A program made the translations under genes and the position numbers. Source: an uncultured Actinomycetota bacterium (GTDB lineage: Bacteria > Actinomycetota > Actinomycetes > Streptosporangiales > Streptosporangiaceae). Taken from it: 64,000 bases of DNA. Where the stretch lies: assembly GCA_963844655.1 (NCBI GenBank), contig CAWJPA010000006.1:667633-731632 (forward strand), written 5' to 3'. The notes under the pieces are model-generated. The model saw only the letters and a program-made list of their open reading frames with translations. It made no database searches and was not told the DNA's origin. Below, one piece after another: positions 37,124 to 45,402 of the stretch (position 1 is its first letter; each line of letters begins with the position of its first letter).

Positions 37124-38113
37124 ATGAGCGACGCCTTGCCTGAGGATGCCCTGCCCGCGCGGACCTGGGACGGCCTGCCCATCGCGCCGGACGACCCGCG
37201 CGGGGCCCAGATCGTGGTGCGCCGCCCCGCTCGGCCGGGCGGGGCGGAGTTCGAGTACCTGATGCTGCACCGTGCGGTGCACGGCCCTGGCTACGAAGGC
37301 GACTGGGCCTGGACCCCGCCGTCCGGCGCGCGGCTGCCTGGCGAGCCGATCCTGGCCGGGGCCGAGCGCGAGCTGGCCGAGGAAGCCGGCCTGCGCGGGG
37401 TCAGGCTGTGTCCGGCGGACCTGTCCGGGCCGTGGGCCGTGTTCGCGGCGGACGTGCCGCCGGACGCGCTGGTCACGCTGGACGCCGAGCACGACAGGTT
37501 CGCCTGGCTGCCCGGCGGGGAGGCCGCGCGGCGCTGCTTACCAGCACCGGTGGCGGTCACGTTCCGGATCGCGGCGGCCCTGCCCGCTCCCCCGGTCACC
37601 TTCCGCCCGCTGGCCGTCTCCGACCTGCCCGACCTCGTCGCCTGGATGCATGCCCCGCACGCCGTGCGCTGGTTCTACGAGGACCTGGACCTGGCCGCGG
37701 CCGAGCGCAAGTACCGGCCGCGGATCGACGGCTCCTCCCCCGTCCGGGTGCACGTCATCCTCATCGACGGCCGGGCGTGCGGCTTTATCCAGCACTACCC
37801 GGTGCGCGAGATCCCGGGCTACCACCCGGCCCGCGGGGAGCCGGACGGGGCCGGGATCGACTACCTCATCGGTGTCGAGGCCCTCGCCGGCCTGGGCCTG
37901 GGACCCCAGATGATCTGGAGCTACCTGACCGACGTGGTCTTCACGGCCCGCCCGGACGTGCCGCGCGTGATCGCGAGTCCCGAGGTCGCGAACCGCCGCT
38001 CGGTCCGGGCGCTGGAGAAGGCCGGGTTCTGCCCGGACCGCGAGATCGCCGGCGGTGAACCGGGCCGGCCTGAGCTGCTCTGCGTGCTCGACCGCCGCCG
38101 CGTGTTCGGCTGA
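37124..38113 (+). CDS. NUDIX hydrolase / GNAT acetyltransferase fusion protein
   Basis: Complete Nudix box GARLPGEPILAGAERELAEEAGL (G-x5-E-x7-REUxEExGU) in the first 110 aa. The C-terminal ~190 aa resemble aminoglycoside/siderophore-type GNAT (Acetyltransf_8-like: FRPLAVSDLPDLVAWMHAPHAVRWF...ASPEVANRRSVRALEKAGF). Only the last 329 codons of track ORF 36398-38113 are used. Confidence 0.75.
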   Translation: MSDALPEDALPARTWDGLPIAPDDPRGAQIVVRRPARPGGAEFEYLMLHRAVHGPGYEGDWAWTPPSGARLPGEPILAGAERELAEEAGLRGVRLCPADLSGPWAVFAADVPPDALVTLDAEHDRFAWLPGGEAARRCLPAPVAVTFRIAAALPAPPVTFRPLAVSDLPDLVAWMHAPHAVRWFYEDLDLAAAERKYRPRIDGSSPVRVHVILIDGRACGFIQHYPVREIPGYHPARGEPDGAGIDYLIGVEALAGLGLGPQMIWSYLTDVVFTARPDVPRVIASPEVANRRSVRALEKAGFCPDREIAGGEPGRPELLCVLDRRRVFG

Positions 38114-38118
38114 CTCAT

Positions 38119-38124
38119 TATAAT
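38119..38124 (+). promoter_or_regulatory. perfect TATAAT hexamer in an AT-rich gap after the NUDIX-GNAT gene
   Basis: TATAAT read at 38119-38124, inside the imperfect palindrome TGACTCATTATAATCAGTGC, about 100 nt upstream of the NTF2-like/MFS genes. Confidence 0.3.
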
Positions 38125-38227
38125 CAGTGCTTATCACGCGGAGAAGAACTAGCTCTTGGACTTCTAGTTGGGCCGCCCGAATACTGGACAGCAGGACTTC
38201 CCGGATCCTGAAGAGGGGGTCATTCCA

Positions 38228-38584
38228 GTGCCAGTACGCAAAGCGGCGCAACAACCCGAGGACCTAGCGCGACTGTTTGTTGAGCGGGCTCAAGCCAAGG
38301 ACCCCGAGGGGCTGACCGAGCTCTACGAGCCCGATGCCGTCCTGGCCTACCCGCCCGGGCGGCAGACGGTGGGCCGGGACGCGATCCGCGCGGTGATGGA
38401 GAAGCTGACCGCGGCGCCGGTCGCGTTCCAGCCGGAGGAGCCGCTGCCCACGGTGCGCTTCGGCGACCTCGCCCTCACCTCGACACGGCCGGCGGACGAT
38501 ACGGGAGGCCGGGTCCAGGTCGCGCGCAGCCAGCCGGACGGGTCATGGTTGCGGATCATCGACCGGCCCGAGCTCCCCGGCTAG
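38228..38584 (+). CDS. NTF2-like (SnoaL/DUF4440-type) protein
   Basis: LARLFVERAQAKDPEGLTELYEPDAVLAYPPG...[10 protein letters not shown] is typical of the fold. GTG 38228 is preceded by GAGGGGG. The track start TTG 38168 is also possible. Confidence 0.65.
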   Translation: MPVRKAAQQPEDLARLFVERAQAKDPEGLTELYEPDAVLAYPPGRQTVGRDAIRAVMEKLTAAPVAFQPEEPLPTVRFGDLALTSTRPADDTGGRVQVARSQPDGSWLRIIDRPELPG

Positions 38585-40029
38585 CGCCCAGCCGGGCCGG
38601 CCGGGGCTCGCGGGCCGGGGCCGGGCCCTGGCTCACCTTGGTGGTCGTGACGGCCGGGCTGTTCCTGGCCGTCCTGTCCACCACGGTGGTCAGCGTGGCG
38701 CTGCCGACGATCGGCCGCGACCTGCACGCCAGCGCCACGGGCCTCGAGTGGACCGTCGACGCGTACGTGCTGGTCTACGCCAGCCTGCTGGTGGCCGGCG
38801 GGGTGGCCGGTGACCGCCGCGGCCGCAAGGGGACGTTCATGCTCGGCGTGGCCCTGTTCGGGCTGGGCTCGCTGGCCGCCGGGCTCGCGCCGACCACTGG
38901 GCTGCTGCTGGCCGCGCGGGTCCTGCAGGGCATCGGCCCGGCCCTGCTGATCCCCGGCAGCCTGGCCATCATCCGGGCCACCTTCACCGACGGCCGGCAG
39001 CGGTCCGCCGCGGTTGGGCTGTGGTCAACCGGGTCAGGCGTGGCCATAGCGGTCGGCCCGGCCCTCGGCGGCATCATCGTCGGCACGCTGGGCTGGCGGT
39101 GGGTCTTCCTGCTGAATGTCCCGCTCACGGTGGCGCTGGTGCTCCTCACCGCCTGGCTCGTGCCGCGGCTGCCCCGGGCGGCCAGACCGCCGGGGCGGTT
39201 CGACTGGGCCGGGACCGTGCTCTCGGCCGCCGCCGTCGGCCTGCTGGCGTTCGCGGTCATCGACGGGCAGGGCCGCGGCTGGACGGCGCCGGAGGTGCTG
39301 GCGTCCTTCGCCGCCGGGGCCGGTGTGCTGGTCGCGTTCGTGGTTACCGAGCACCGCCGGGAGCAGCCGCTCATCGACGTGTCGCTGTTCCTGCGCCCGG
39401 GCTTCGCCGCGGCGAACCTGGCCGCGCTGGTCGTGTTCTTCGCCTTCGTCGGGGCGATCGTCTACTTCAGTGCCTATTTCCAGGAGGTGCAGGGCCGCTC
39501 CCCCGCCGCCGCGGGCCTCGCCGTCTGCGCCATCGGCGTGGCCTACGCGCTGGCCGCGGCCTGGTCGGGACGGCTGGTGGGCCGGTTCGGCGAGCGCTGG
39601 CCGCTGCTGGGCGGGCTCATCCTCGGCGGCCTGGCCACGCTGGCTCTGGTCCGCCTCGGGCCCGGCACCAGCCTGAACGCGATCTGGTGGAACTTCGCGC
39701 TGCTCGGCGCCGGCGTCGGCCTGTGCGGCACGCCCATGACCACGCTGGCGCTGTCGGCGGTCGACGTCGCCCGGGCCGGCATGGCCTCGGCGGTGGTCAA
39801 CACGTTCCGCCAAATCGGGCAGGTGTTCGGCGTGGCCGTGCTCGGCGCGCTGGTCTACGCCCAGTTGCCGGACGGCGCCGGCGCCGGGCCGCTGGACGCC
39901 GCCGGCCGCTCGCTGTTCGTGACAGGCCTGCACCATGCCCTGCTGCTGTCCGGCTTCACCCTGATCGCGACCGCGGTCATCATCGCGCCCGCGCTGCTGC
40001 TGCAGGACGCTGGCAAAAGCCGAACGTGA
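38545..40029 (+). CDS. MFS transporter, DHA2 (EmrB/QacA, 14-TMS) family
   Basis: [32 protein letters not shown] and [18 protein letters not shown] motifs. The only in-frame start before TM1 is ATG 38545, which overlaps the upstream gene by 40 nt. Confidence 0.85.
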   Translation: MVADHRPARAPRLAPSRAGRGSRAGAGPWLTLVVVTAGLFLAVLSTTVVSVALPTIGRDLHASATGLEWTVDAYVLVYASLLVAGGVAGDRRGRKGTFMLGVALFGLGSLAAGLAPTTGLLLAARVLQGIGPALLIPGSLAIIRATFTDGRQRSAAVGLWSTGSGVAIAVGPALGGIIVGTLGWRWVFLLNVPLTVALVLLTAWLVPRLPRAARPPGRFDWAGTVLSAAAVGLLAFAVIDGQGRGWTAPEVLASFAAGAGVLVAFVVTEHRREQPLIDVSLFLRPGFAAANLAALVVFFAFVGAIVYFSAYFQEVQGRSPAAAGLAVCAIGVAYALAAAWSGRLVGRFGERWPLLGGLILGGLATLALVRLGPGTSLNAIWWNFALLGAGVGLCGTPMTTLALSAVDVARAGMASAVVNTFRQIGQVFGVAVLGALVYAQLPDGAGAGPLDAAGRSLFVTGLHHALLLSGFTLIATAVIIAPALLLQDAGKSRT

Positions 40030-40109
40030 CACTCGTTACGTATCGACGTGTATCGGGCTCCGGGTTACTGTGTGCATGTTCCAGTGACAATTTCCCTGCA
40101 ACCGGCGGT

Positions 40110-40511
40110 GTGGTGACGGAAGTGAGCAGCGAGTTACGGCAGGCCCAGTCCAGCATCTACGGCATCATCGGCGGCGAGGCGGCGTTAGAGCCCGTCGTCG
40201 ATGATTTCTACGACCGGGTCCTGGCCGACCCGGAGCTCCGGGGGTTCTTCGCCGGCGCGAACATGGCCAGGCTCAAGGGGCGGCAGGTCGAGTTCTTCGC
40301 CGCCGCGCTCGGCGGCCCGCAGCCTTACACCGGGGCAAGCCTGCGGGACGCGCACCGAGGCCGCGGCATCGAGCAGAAGCACTTCGACCTGGTCGCCGGG
40401 CACCTCGTCGCCGCGTTCCGGGCGGCAGGCGTGCCCTATGAGATTATTGACCAGATTGTCGGGGCGATCTCTCCCCTGGCCAGCCAGATCGTGTCCTCCG
40501 GATCCGGCTAA
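40110..40511 (+). CDS. glbN: truncated hemoglobin, group I (trHbN)
   Basis: [33 protein letters not shown]...[26 protein letters not shown]...HFDLVAGHL is the 2-on-2 globin signature. Candidate starts are GTG 40110, 40113 and 40122. Confidence 0.85.
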   Translation: MVTEVSSELRQAQSSIYGIIGGEAALEPVVDDFYDRVLADPELRGFFAGANMARLKGRQVEFFAAALGGPQPYTGASLRDAHRGRGIEQKHFDLVAGHLVAAFRAAGVPYEIIDQIVGAISPLASQIVSSGSG

Positions 40512-40583
40512 GCACCGCCCGGCCGGGGCGGCGGCGCGGGCGGCGGGCGCACCGCCGAGCAGCCGAGCGAAAGAGGTGCCGCC

Positions 40584-41987
40584 ATGCCCGGGTCCGTGGA
40601 TGTCGTCGTCGTCGGCGCCGGGCTGGCGGGCCTGGTCACGGCGCGGGAGGTGGCGGCCGCCGGGCTGGGCGTGACGGTGCTCGAGGCCAGGGACCGGGTC
40701 GGCGGCCGGCTGCTCAACGCGGAGCTGCCCGGCGCCGACGGCGAGATCGTGGAGGCCGGAGGCCAGTGGGTCGGGCCCGGCCAGGATCTCATCCTCGGGC
40801 TGATCAGGGAGCTCGGCCTGGACACGTTCCCGACCTACGACGCCGGTGCCAAGATCGCCGAACTGCGCGGCGCCAGAACGCGCTACCCCGGCCGCATCCC
40901 GCGGCTGAACCCCGCCGTGCTCGCGGACATCGCCCAGGGCCAGCTGCGGATGGACCGGGCGGCCCGGCGGGTGCCGCTGGACGCGCCCTGGAGCGCCCCG
41001 GGCGCGTGGCGTCTTGACGGCCAGACGTTCGCGACCTGGCTGCGCCGCCGGCTGGGCACCGCGAGCGGGCTGGCGTTCACCCGCCTGGTGACCGAGGCCG
41101 TATGGTGCGCCGAGCCCGAGGACATGTCGGCGCTCTGGGCCCTGTTCTACCTCCACTCCGGCGGCGGCGTCGACTCGCTGATCAACACCAGCGGCGGGGC
41201 CCAGCAGGACCGCATCGTCGGCGGGTCGCAGCGGATCGCGCTGGAGCTCGCGGCCAGGCGCGGCGACCGGGTGGTGACCGGCGCGCCGGTCCGCGAGATC
41301 GAGTGGGACAGCTCCGGGGTCGTGGTCCGCGCGGCCGGCCGGGAGATCAGGGCACGCCGCGCGGTGCTGGCCGTGCCGCCGCCGCTCGCCGCCCGCATCC
41401 GGTTCGAGCCCGGCCTGCCGCCCGAACGCGATCAGCTCACCCAGCGCATGCCCATGGGCTGGACGATCAAGGTGAACGTCGTCTACGACGAGCCGTTCTG
41501 GCGGGCCGACGGCCTGTCCGGCCAGGCCAACAGCGACGTGCGGCCGCTGGGCACGGTGTTCGACAACAGCCCGCCGTCCGGGCGGCCCGGGGTGCTGGTC
41601 GGCTTCCTCGAGGCCCGGCACGCCCAGGCCGCGGCCCGGCTCGACGAGAAGCAGCGCCGCGGCCTGGTCCTCGACGACCTGGCCGCCTACTTCGGTCCGC
41701 GGGCCCGGGACGCGACCGCGTACCTGGAACGTGACTGGGCCGCCGAGGAGTACACGCGGGGGTGCTACGGCTCCTTTGCCACGCCGGGCACGCTGACCCG
41801 CTACGGCCGGGCCCTGCGCACCCCGGTGGGGCCGATCCACTGGGCCGGCACCGAGACCGCCACGCGCTGGGCCGGGTACATGGACGGCGCCGCGCAGTCC
41901 GGCCAGCGGGCCGCCCGCGAGGTCACCGCCGCCCTGGCCGCTGCTCCCCCGGCCACCAGCCCGGCTCCCGTGCCTGGTACGCCATGA
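40584..41987 (+). CDS. flavin-containing amine oxidase (monoamine/putrescine oxidase-like)
   Basis: FAD dinucleotide fold DVVVVGAGLAGLVTA...LEARDRVGGR, and C-terminal IHWAGTETATRWAGYMDGAAQSG. Confidence 0.85.
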   Translation: MPGSVDVVVVGAGLAGLVTAREVAAAGLGVTVLEARDRVGGRLLNAELPGADGEIVEAGGQWVGPGQDLILGLIRELGLDTFPTYDAGAKIAELRGARTRYPGRIPRLNPAVLADIAQGQLRMDRAARRVPLDAPWSAPGAWRLDGQTFATWLRRRLGTASGLAFTRLVTEAVWCAEPEDMSALWALFYLHSGGGVDSLINTSGGAQQDRIVGGSQRIALELAARRGDRVVTGAPVREIEWDSSGVVVRAAGREIRARRAVLAVPPPLAARIRFEPGLPPERDQLTQRMPMGWTIKVNVVYDEPFWRADGLSGQANSDVRPLGTVFDNSPPSGRPGVLVGFLEARHAQAAARLDEKQRRGLVLDDLAAYFGPRARDATAYLERDWAAEEYTRGCYGSFATPGTLTRYGRALRTPVGPIHWAGTETATRWAGYMDGAAQSGQRAAREVTAALAAAPPATSPAPVPGTP

Positions 41988-42005
41988 CCGCGGCGTCGAG
42001 CGCCG

Positions 42006-42434
42006 TCAGCCGGTGCTTCGGCTCCGGCCGCGGAACTCGGCGATGACCGCGTCGCCGCGGCGGACGGTCACGTCGTAGACGCCGCTGCGGCCGTACCTGA
42101 CCCGCTCCTGCGCGGTGGCCACGAGCACGTCGCCCTCCTGCACCGGGGCCACGAACGTGATGTCGGCCGCGGCGGCCACGGTGACCGGCCCGTGGCTGTT
42201 GCACGCGCACGCGAACGCGGTGTCGGCCAGCAGGAACACGATGCCGCCGTGCGCGCTCCCGTACCCGTTGAGCATCGCCGGGCCGATGGTCATCCGCACC
42301 ACGGCCGCGCCGTTACCGACGCTGAGCAACTCCACCCCGAGGCCCCGCGCCGCCGTGTCGGCCGCGAACATCGCCGCCGCCGGGCCGGCCGGCGGCGGGT
42401 CCGGCCGTGCGGGGGGCTCGCTCCCGGTCACCAT
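42006..42434 (-). CDS. PaaI-family hotdog-fold thioesterase
   Basis: MLNGYGSAHGGIVFLLADTAFACACN is the PaaI signature. Only the last 142 codons of track ORF 42006-43805 are used (ATG 42434). Confidence 0.85.
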   Translation of the reverse strand: MVTGSEPPARPDPPPAGPAAAMFAADTAARGLGVELLSVGNGAAVVRMTIGPAMLNGYGSAHGGIVFLLADTAFACACNSHGPVTVAAAADITFVAPVQEGDVLVATAQERVRYGRSGVYDVTVRRGDAVIAEFRGRSRSTG

Positions 42435-42479
42435 GCCCCTATCCTGCCGGTCCGGGGCCTGTCCAGTACGGTGCGGTTC

Positions 42480-43763
42480 ATGATCTCGTACCGTCAGCCA
42501 GGAACCGTCCTCACCGACCGCACGTTCACCGTCCCGCTCGACCACGCCAAGCCGGACGGCGAGCAGATCCAGGTTTTCGCGCGGGAGGTGGTCGCCACCG
42601 ACAAGACCGCGGCCGACCTGCCGTGGCTGGTGTACTTCCAGGGCGGCCCCGGGTTCGGGTCGCCGCGGCCGGCCGGGCGGGAGGCCTGGCTGGACCGGGC
42701 GCTTGACGACTACCGGGTGCTGCTGCTCGACCAGCGCGGCACCGCCAGCTCCTCCCCGGTCAACCGGCGGACCCTGGCCGGGCTCGGCTCCGCCCAGGCT
42801 CAGGCCGACTTTATCGCGCTGTTCCGGGCCGACTCGATCGTCGCCGACGCCGAGCTGATCCGCCAGGAGGTAACCGGCGGGCAGCCGTGGAGCATCCTGG
42901 GCCAGAGCTTCGGCGGGTTCTGTGTAGTCTGCTACCTGTCCCAGGCCCCCGAGGGTGTCCGCGAGGCGTTCATCACCGGCGGCCTGCCCGGCCTCGACGT
43001 CACGGCCGACGACGTGTACCGGGCCACGTACCCGAAGGTGGCGCGGAAGAACGCGGAGCACTACGAGCGGTACCCGATGGATGTGCCGCGGGCCAAGGAC
43101 ATCGCCCGGCGGCTCGCGGCCGGCGACGTGCGGCTGCCCAACGGCGCGCCGCTGACCGTCGAGGCGTTCCAGACGTTCGGCCAGATGTTGGGCGCGAGCA
43201 CCGGCAGTCACTCGCTGCACTACCTGCTCGAGGAGCCGTTCACGGGCGGCGACCTGTCCGACTACTTCCTGTACTGGGCCGGCTCCCGGCTGTCGTTCTC
43301 GGCCGCGCCGCTGTACGCCCTGGTGCACGAGGCGTGCTACGCCCAGGGCGGCCCGACCAACTGGGCGGCCCAGCGGGTCAGGGCCGAGTTCCCGCAGTTC
43401 GACGCCGTGGCCGCGCTGGACAGCGACGAGCCGCTGCTGTTCACCGGCGAGATGATCTACCCCTGGATGTTCGAGAACGACCCGGTGCTCAAGCCGCTGG
43501 CCGAGGCCGGGGAGATCCTGGCCCAGCGCGACACCTGGCCACGGCTGTACGACGCGGAGCGGCTGCGGGCCAACGAGGTCCCCGCCGCGGCCGCCATTTA
43601 CTTCGACGACATGTACGTGCCGGTGGAGTTCTCGGTGCCGACCGCGCGCACGATCCGGGGCCTGCGGCCCTGGGTCACGAACGAGTACGAGCACGACGGG
43701 CTGCGGGTCAGCGGCGGCGAGGTCCTTGACCGCCTGATCGCCATGGTCCGCGGCAACGCGTGA
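42480..43763 (+). CDS. alpha/beta hydrolase, prolyl aminopeptidase (S33)-like
   Basis: PWLVYFQGGPGFGSP, LLLDQRGT, and the nucleophile elbow GQSFGG. ATG 42480 lies 45 nt divergent from the PaaI-like start. Confidence 0.8.
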   Translation: MISYRQPGTVLTDRTFTVPLDHAKPDGEQIQVFAREVVATDKTAADLPWLVYFQGGPGFGSPRPAGREAWLDRALDDYRVLLLDQRGTASSSPVNRRTLAGLGSAQAQADFIALFRADSIVADAELIRQEVTGGQPWSILGQSFGGFCVVCYLSQAPEGVREAFITGGLPGLDVTADDVYRATYPKVARKNAEHYERYPMDVPRAKDIARRLAAGDVRLPNGAPLTVEAFQTFGQMLGASTGSHSLHYLLEEPFTGGDLSDYFLYWAGSRLSFSAAPLYALVHEACYAQGGPTNWAAQRVRAEFPQFDAVAALDSDEPLLFTGEMIYPWMFENDPVLKPLAEAGEILAQRDTWPRLYDAERLRANEVPAAAAIYFDDMYVPVEFSVPTARTIRGLRPWVTNEYEHDGLRVSGGEVLDRLIAMVRGNA

Positions 43764-43770
43764 ACGCGAG

Positions 43771-43820
43771 TTAGCTGGGACACTTTTCTGCGCATACGGA
43801 CACACAAGTGTCCCAGCTAA
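43771..43820. terminator. 15-bp perfect-stem hairpin between convergent genes
   Basis: TTAGCTGGGACACTT (43771-43785) and AAGTGTCCCAGCTAA (43806-43820) with a 20-nt loop. The region is unusually AT-rich for this DNA. Confidence 0.55.
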
Positions 43821-43839
43821 TCTCTGTGCCGGGGCCTGC

Positions 43840-45018
43840 CTAGTCGAGCACGGCGGTCACCGTGCCGGCGCCCACGGTCTTGCCGCCTTCGCGGACCGCG
43901 AAGCCCAGCCCGGTGTCGAGCGCGACCGGCCGGCCCAGCGTCACGGTCAGGTCAACGGTGTCACCCGGGGCCGCGGTGCCGGGCGTACCCAGGTCGACCT
44001 CGCCGACCACGCTGGTGGTGCGGACGAAGAACTGCGGCCGGTAGCCCGTGCTGACCGGCGTGTGCCGGCCGCCCTCGGCCGCGCTCAGCAGGTGCACGGT
44101 GGCGGCGAACCTGGTGTGCGCGGCGAGGCTGCCCGGGGCGGCCACGACCTGGCCGCGGCGGACCTGGTTGCGGCGCACGCCGCGCAGCAGCAGCGCCGCG
44201 CTGTCGCCCGCCTCGCCGCGCTCCATCGGCTTGCCGAACGTCTCGACACCGGTGACCACGGCGGTGAGCCGGCTGCCGAGCCCGACCGCCTCGACGGTGT
44301 CGCCAACCCGGACGGTGCCGCGCTCCACGGCCCCGGTCACCACCGTGCCGCGGCCGCTGATCGTCAGCACGTTCTCCACCGGCATCAGGAACGGGGCGCC
44401 GGTGTACCGGGCGGGCACGGGCACGTGCGCGTCCACCGCGTCCAGCAGCGCGCCGACGGCCGCGGTCCAGCCGGCGTCGCCCGCCAGCGCCCGCAGCGCC
44501 GAGACCCGGATCACCGGCGTCCCGTCGCCGGGGTAGCCGCAGCCCGACAGCAGCTCCCGCACCTCCAGCTCGACCAGGTCGGCGAGCTCCGGGTCCGCGG
44601 CGTCGGCCTTGTTGAGTGCCACGACGATGTGCCCCACGCCGACCTGGCGGGCGAGCAGGACGTGCTCGCGGGTCTGCGGCATCACGCCGTCGAGCGCGGA
44701 CACGACGAGGATCGCGCCGTCGATCTGGGCCGCGCCGGTGATCATGTTCTTCACGTAGTCCGCGTGGCCCGGCATGTCCACGTGCGCGTAGTGCCGGGTG
44801 GCCGTCTCGTACTCGACGTGCGTGGTGTTGATGGTGATGCCGCGCACGACCTCCTCGGGCGCCCGGTCGATCCGCTCGAACGGCACGTACGCGGCCGTCC
44901 CCTGGCCGGCCAGGAACTTGGTGATCGCGGCCGTCAGGGTGGTCTTGCCGTGGTCGACGTGCCCCATCGTGCCGATGTTGAGGTGTGGCTTGGTGCGCGT
45001 GAAGACCTGCTTGGGCAT
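43840..45018 (-). CDS. tuf: elongation factor Tu paralogue (Tuf3-like, divergent)
   Basis: G1 [10 protein letters not shown]3 DMPGHADY, G4 NKAD, G5 SAL, and domains II/III present (392 aa). ATG 45018 is preceded by GGAGGAAGG. There are no ribosomal or fusA genes nearby. Confidence 0.9.
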   Translation of the reverse strand: MPKQVFTRTKPHLNIGTMGHVDHGKTTLTAAITKFLAGQGTAAYVPFERIDRAPEEVVRGITINTTHVEYETATRHYAHVDMPGHADYVKNMITGAAQIDGAILVVSALDGVMPQTREHVLLARQVGVGHIVVALNKADAADPELADLVELEVRELLSGCGYPGDGTPVIRVSALRALAGDAGWTAAVGALLDAVDAHVPVPARYTGAPFLMPVENVLTISGRGTVVTGAVERGTVRVGDTVEAVGLGSRLTAVVTGVETFGKPMERGEAGDSAALLLRGVRRNQVRRGQVVAAPGSLAAHTRFAATVHLLSAAEGGRHTPVSTGYRPQFFVRTTSVVGEVDLGTPGTAAPGDTVDLTVTLGRPVALDTGLGFAVREGGKTVGAGTVTAVLD

Positions 45019-45364
45019 GTTCCTTCCTCCGATGCGTCGCAACAGGCTGGTGAGACCCGCAGGCTGGGCCGACCCTCCCCCGCGGGGCCTCCCGGCCGCC
45101 CGTGGTCGGGCTGGGCCGGCGGGCTGGGAAGGGTCAGCGTCGCTCGACGCTCAGGGCCTTGGCCGCGGTCGCGCGCATCAGGGCAGCCGCCGCCCCGCCC
45201 GCGACCGCGGGCGTGAGGAAGGCGGCGTGCCGGAACATACCGTCAATGATCGGCTCGGGCCCCGTGCCGGGCCAATGATTTTCCGCCGGGTCCGGGCAGG
45301 AGGCCGGGGCCGAAAGCCGGGCTGACCTGATCGCCCGGCCCCGGCCAGTGTTCCTAATAGGTAG

Positions 45365-45395
45365 TTGCGGTCAAGCAACTGATTCGCGATAGACT
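45365..45395 (+). promoter_or_regulatory. candidate promoter TTGCGG-19-TAGACT, 7 nt before GTG 45403 (leaderless), overlapping the inverted repeat AGTTGC-N6-GCAACT
   Basis: Hexamers at 45365-45370 and 45390-45395, with the inverted repeat at 45363-45380. The region is locally AT-rich. Confidence 0.35.
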
Positions 45396-45402
45396 CAACC
45401 AA

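Noticed and set aside
42435-43805. Upstream 457 codons of the 599-aa minus ORF that ends in the PaaI-like thioesterase
   Set aside because: This part is antisense to the prolyl-aminopeptidase-like gene, which has the GQSFGG nucleophile elbow. The thioesterase domain starts at ATG 42434.
44798-45402. ORFs 44798-45325 (+) and 45178-45402 (-) in the tuf / MFS intergenic region
   Set aside because: They are Arg/Pro/Gly-rich low-complexity translations with no SD. The first overlaps the 5-prime end of the tuf paralogue in antisense.
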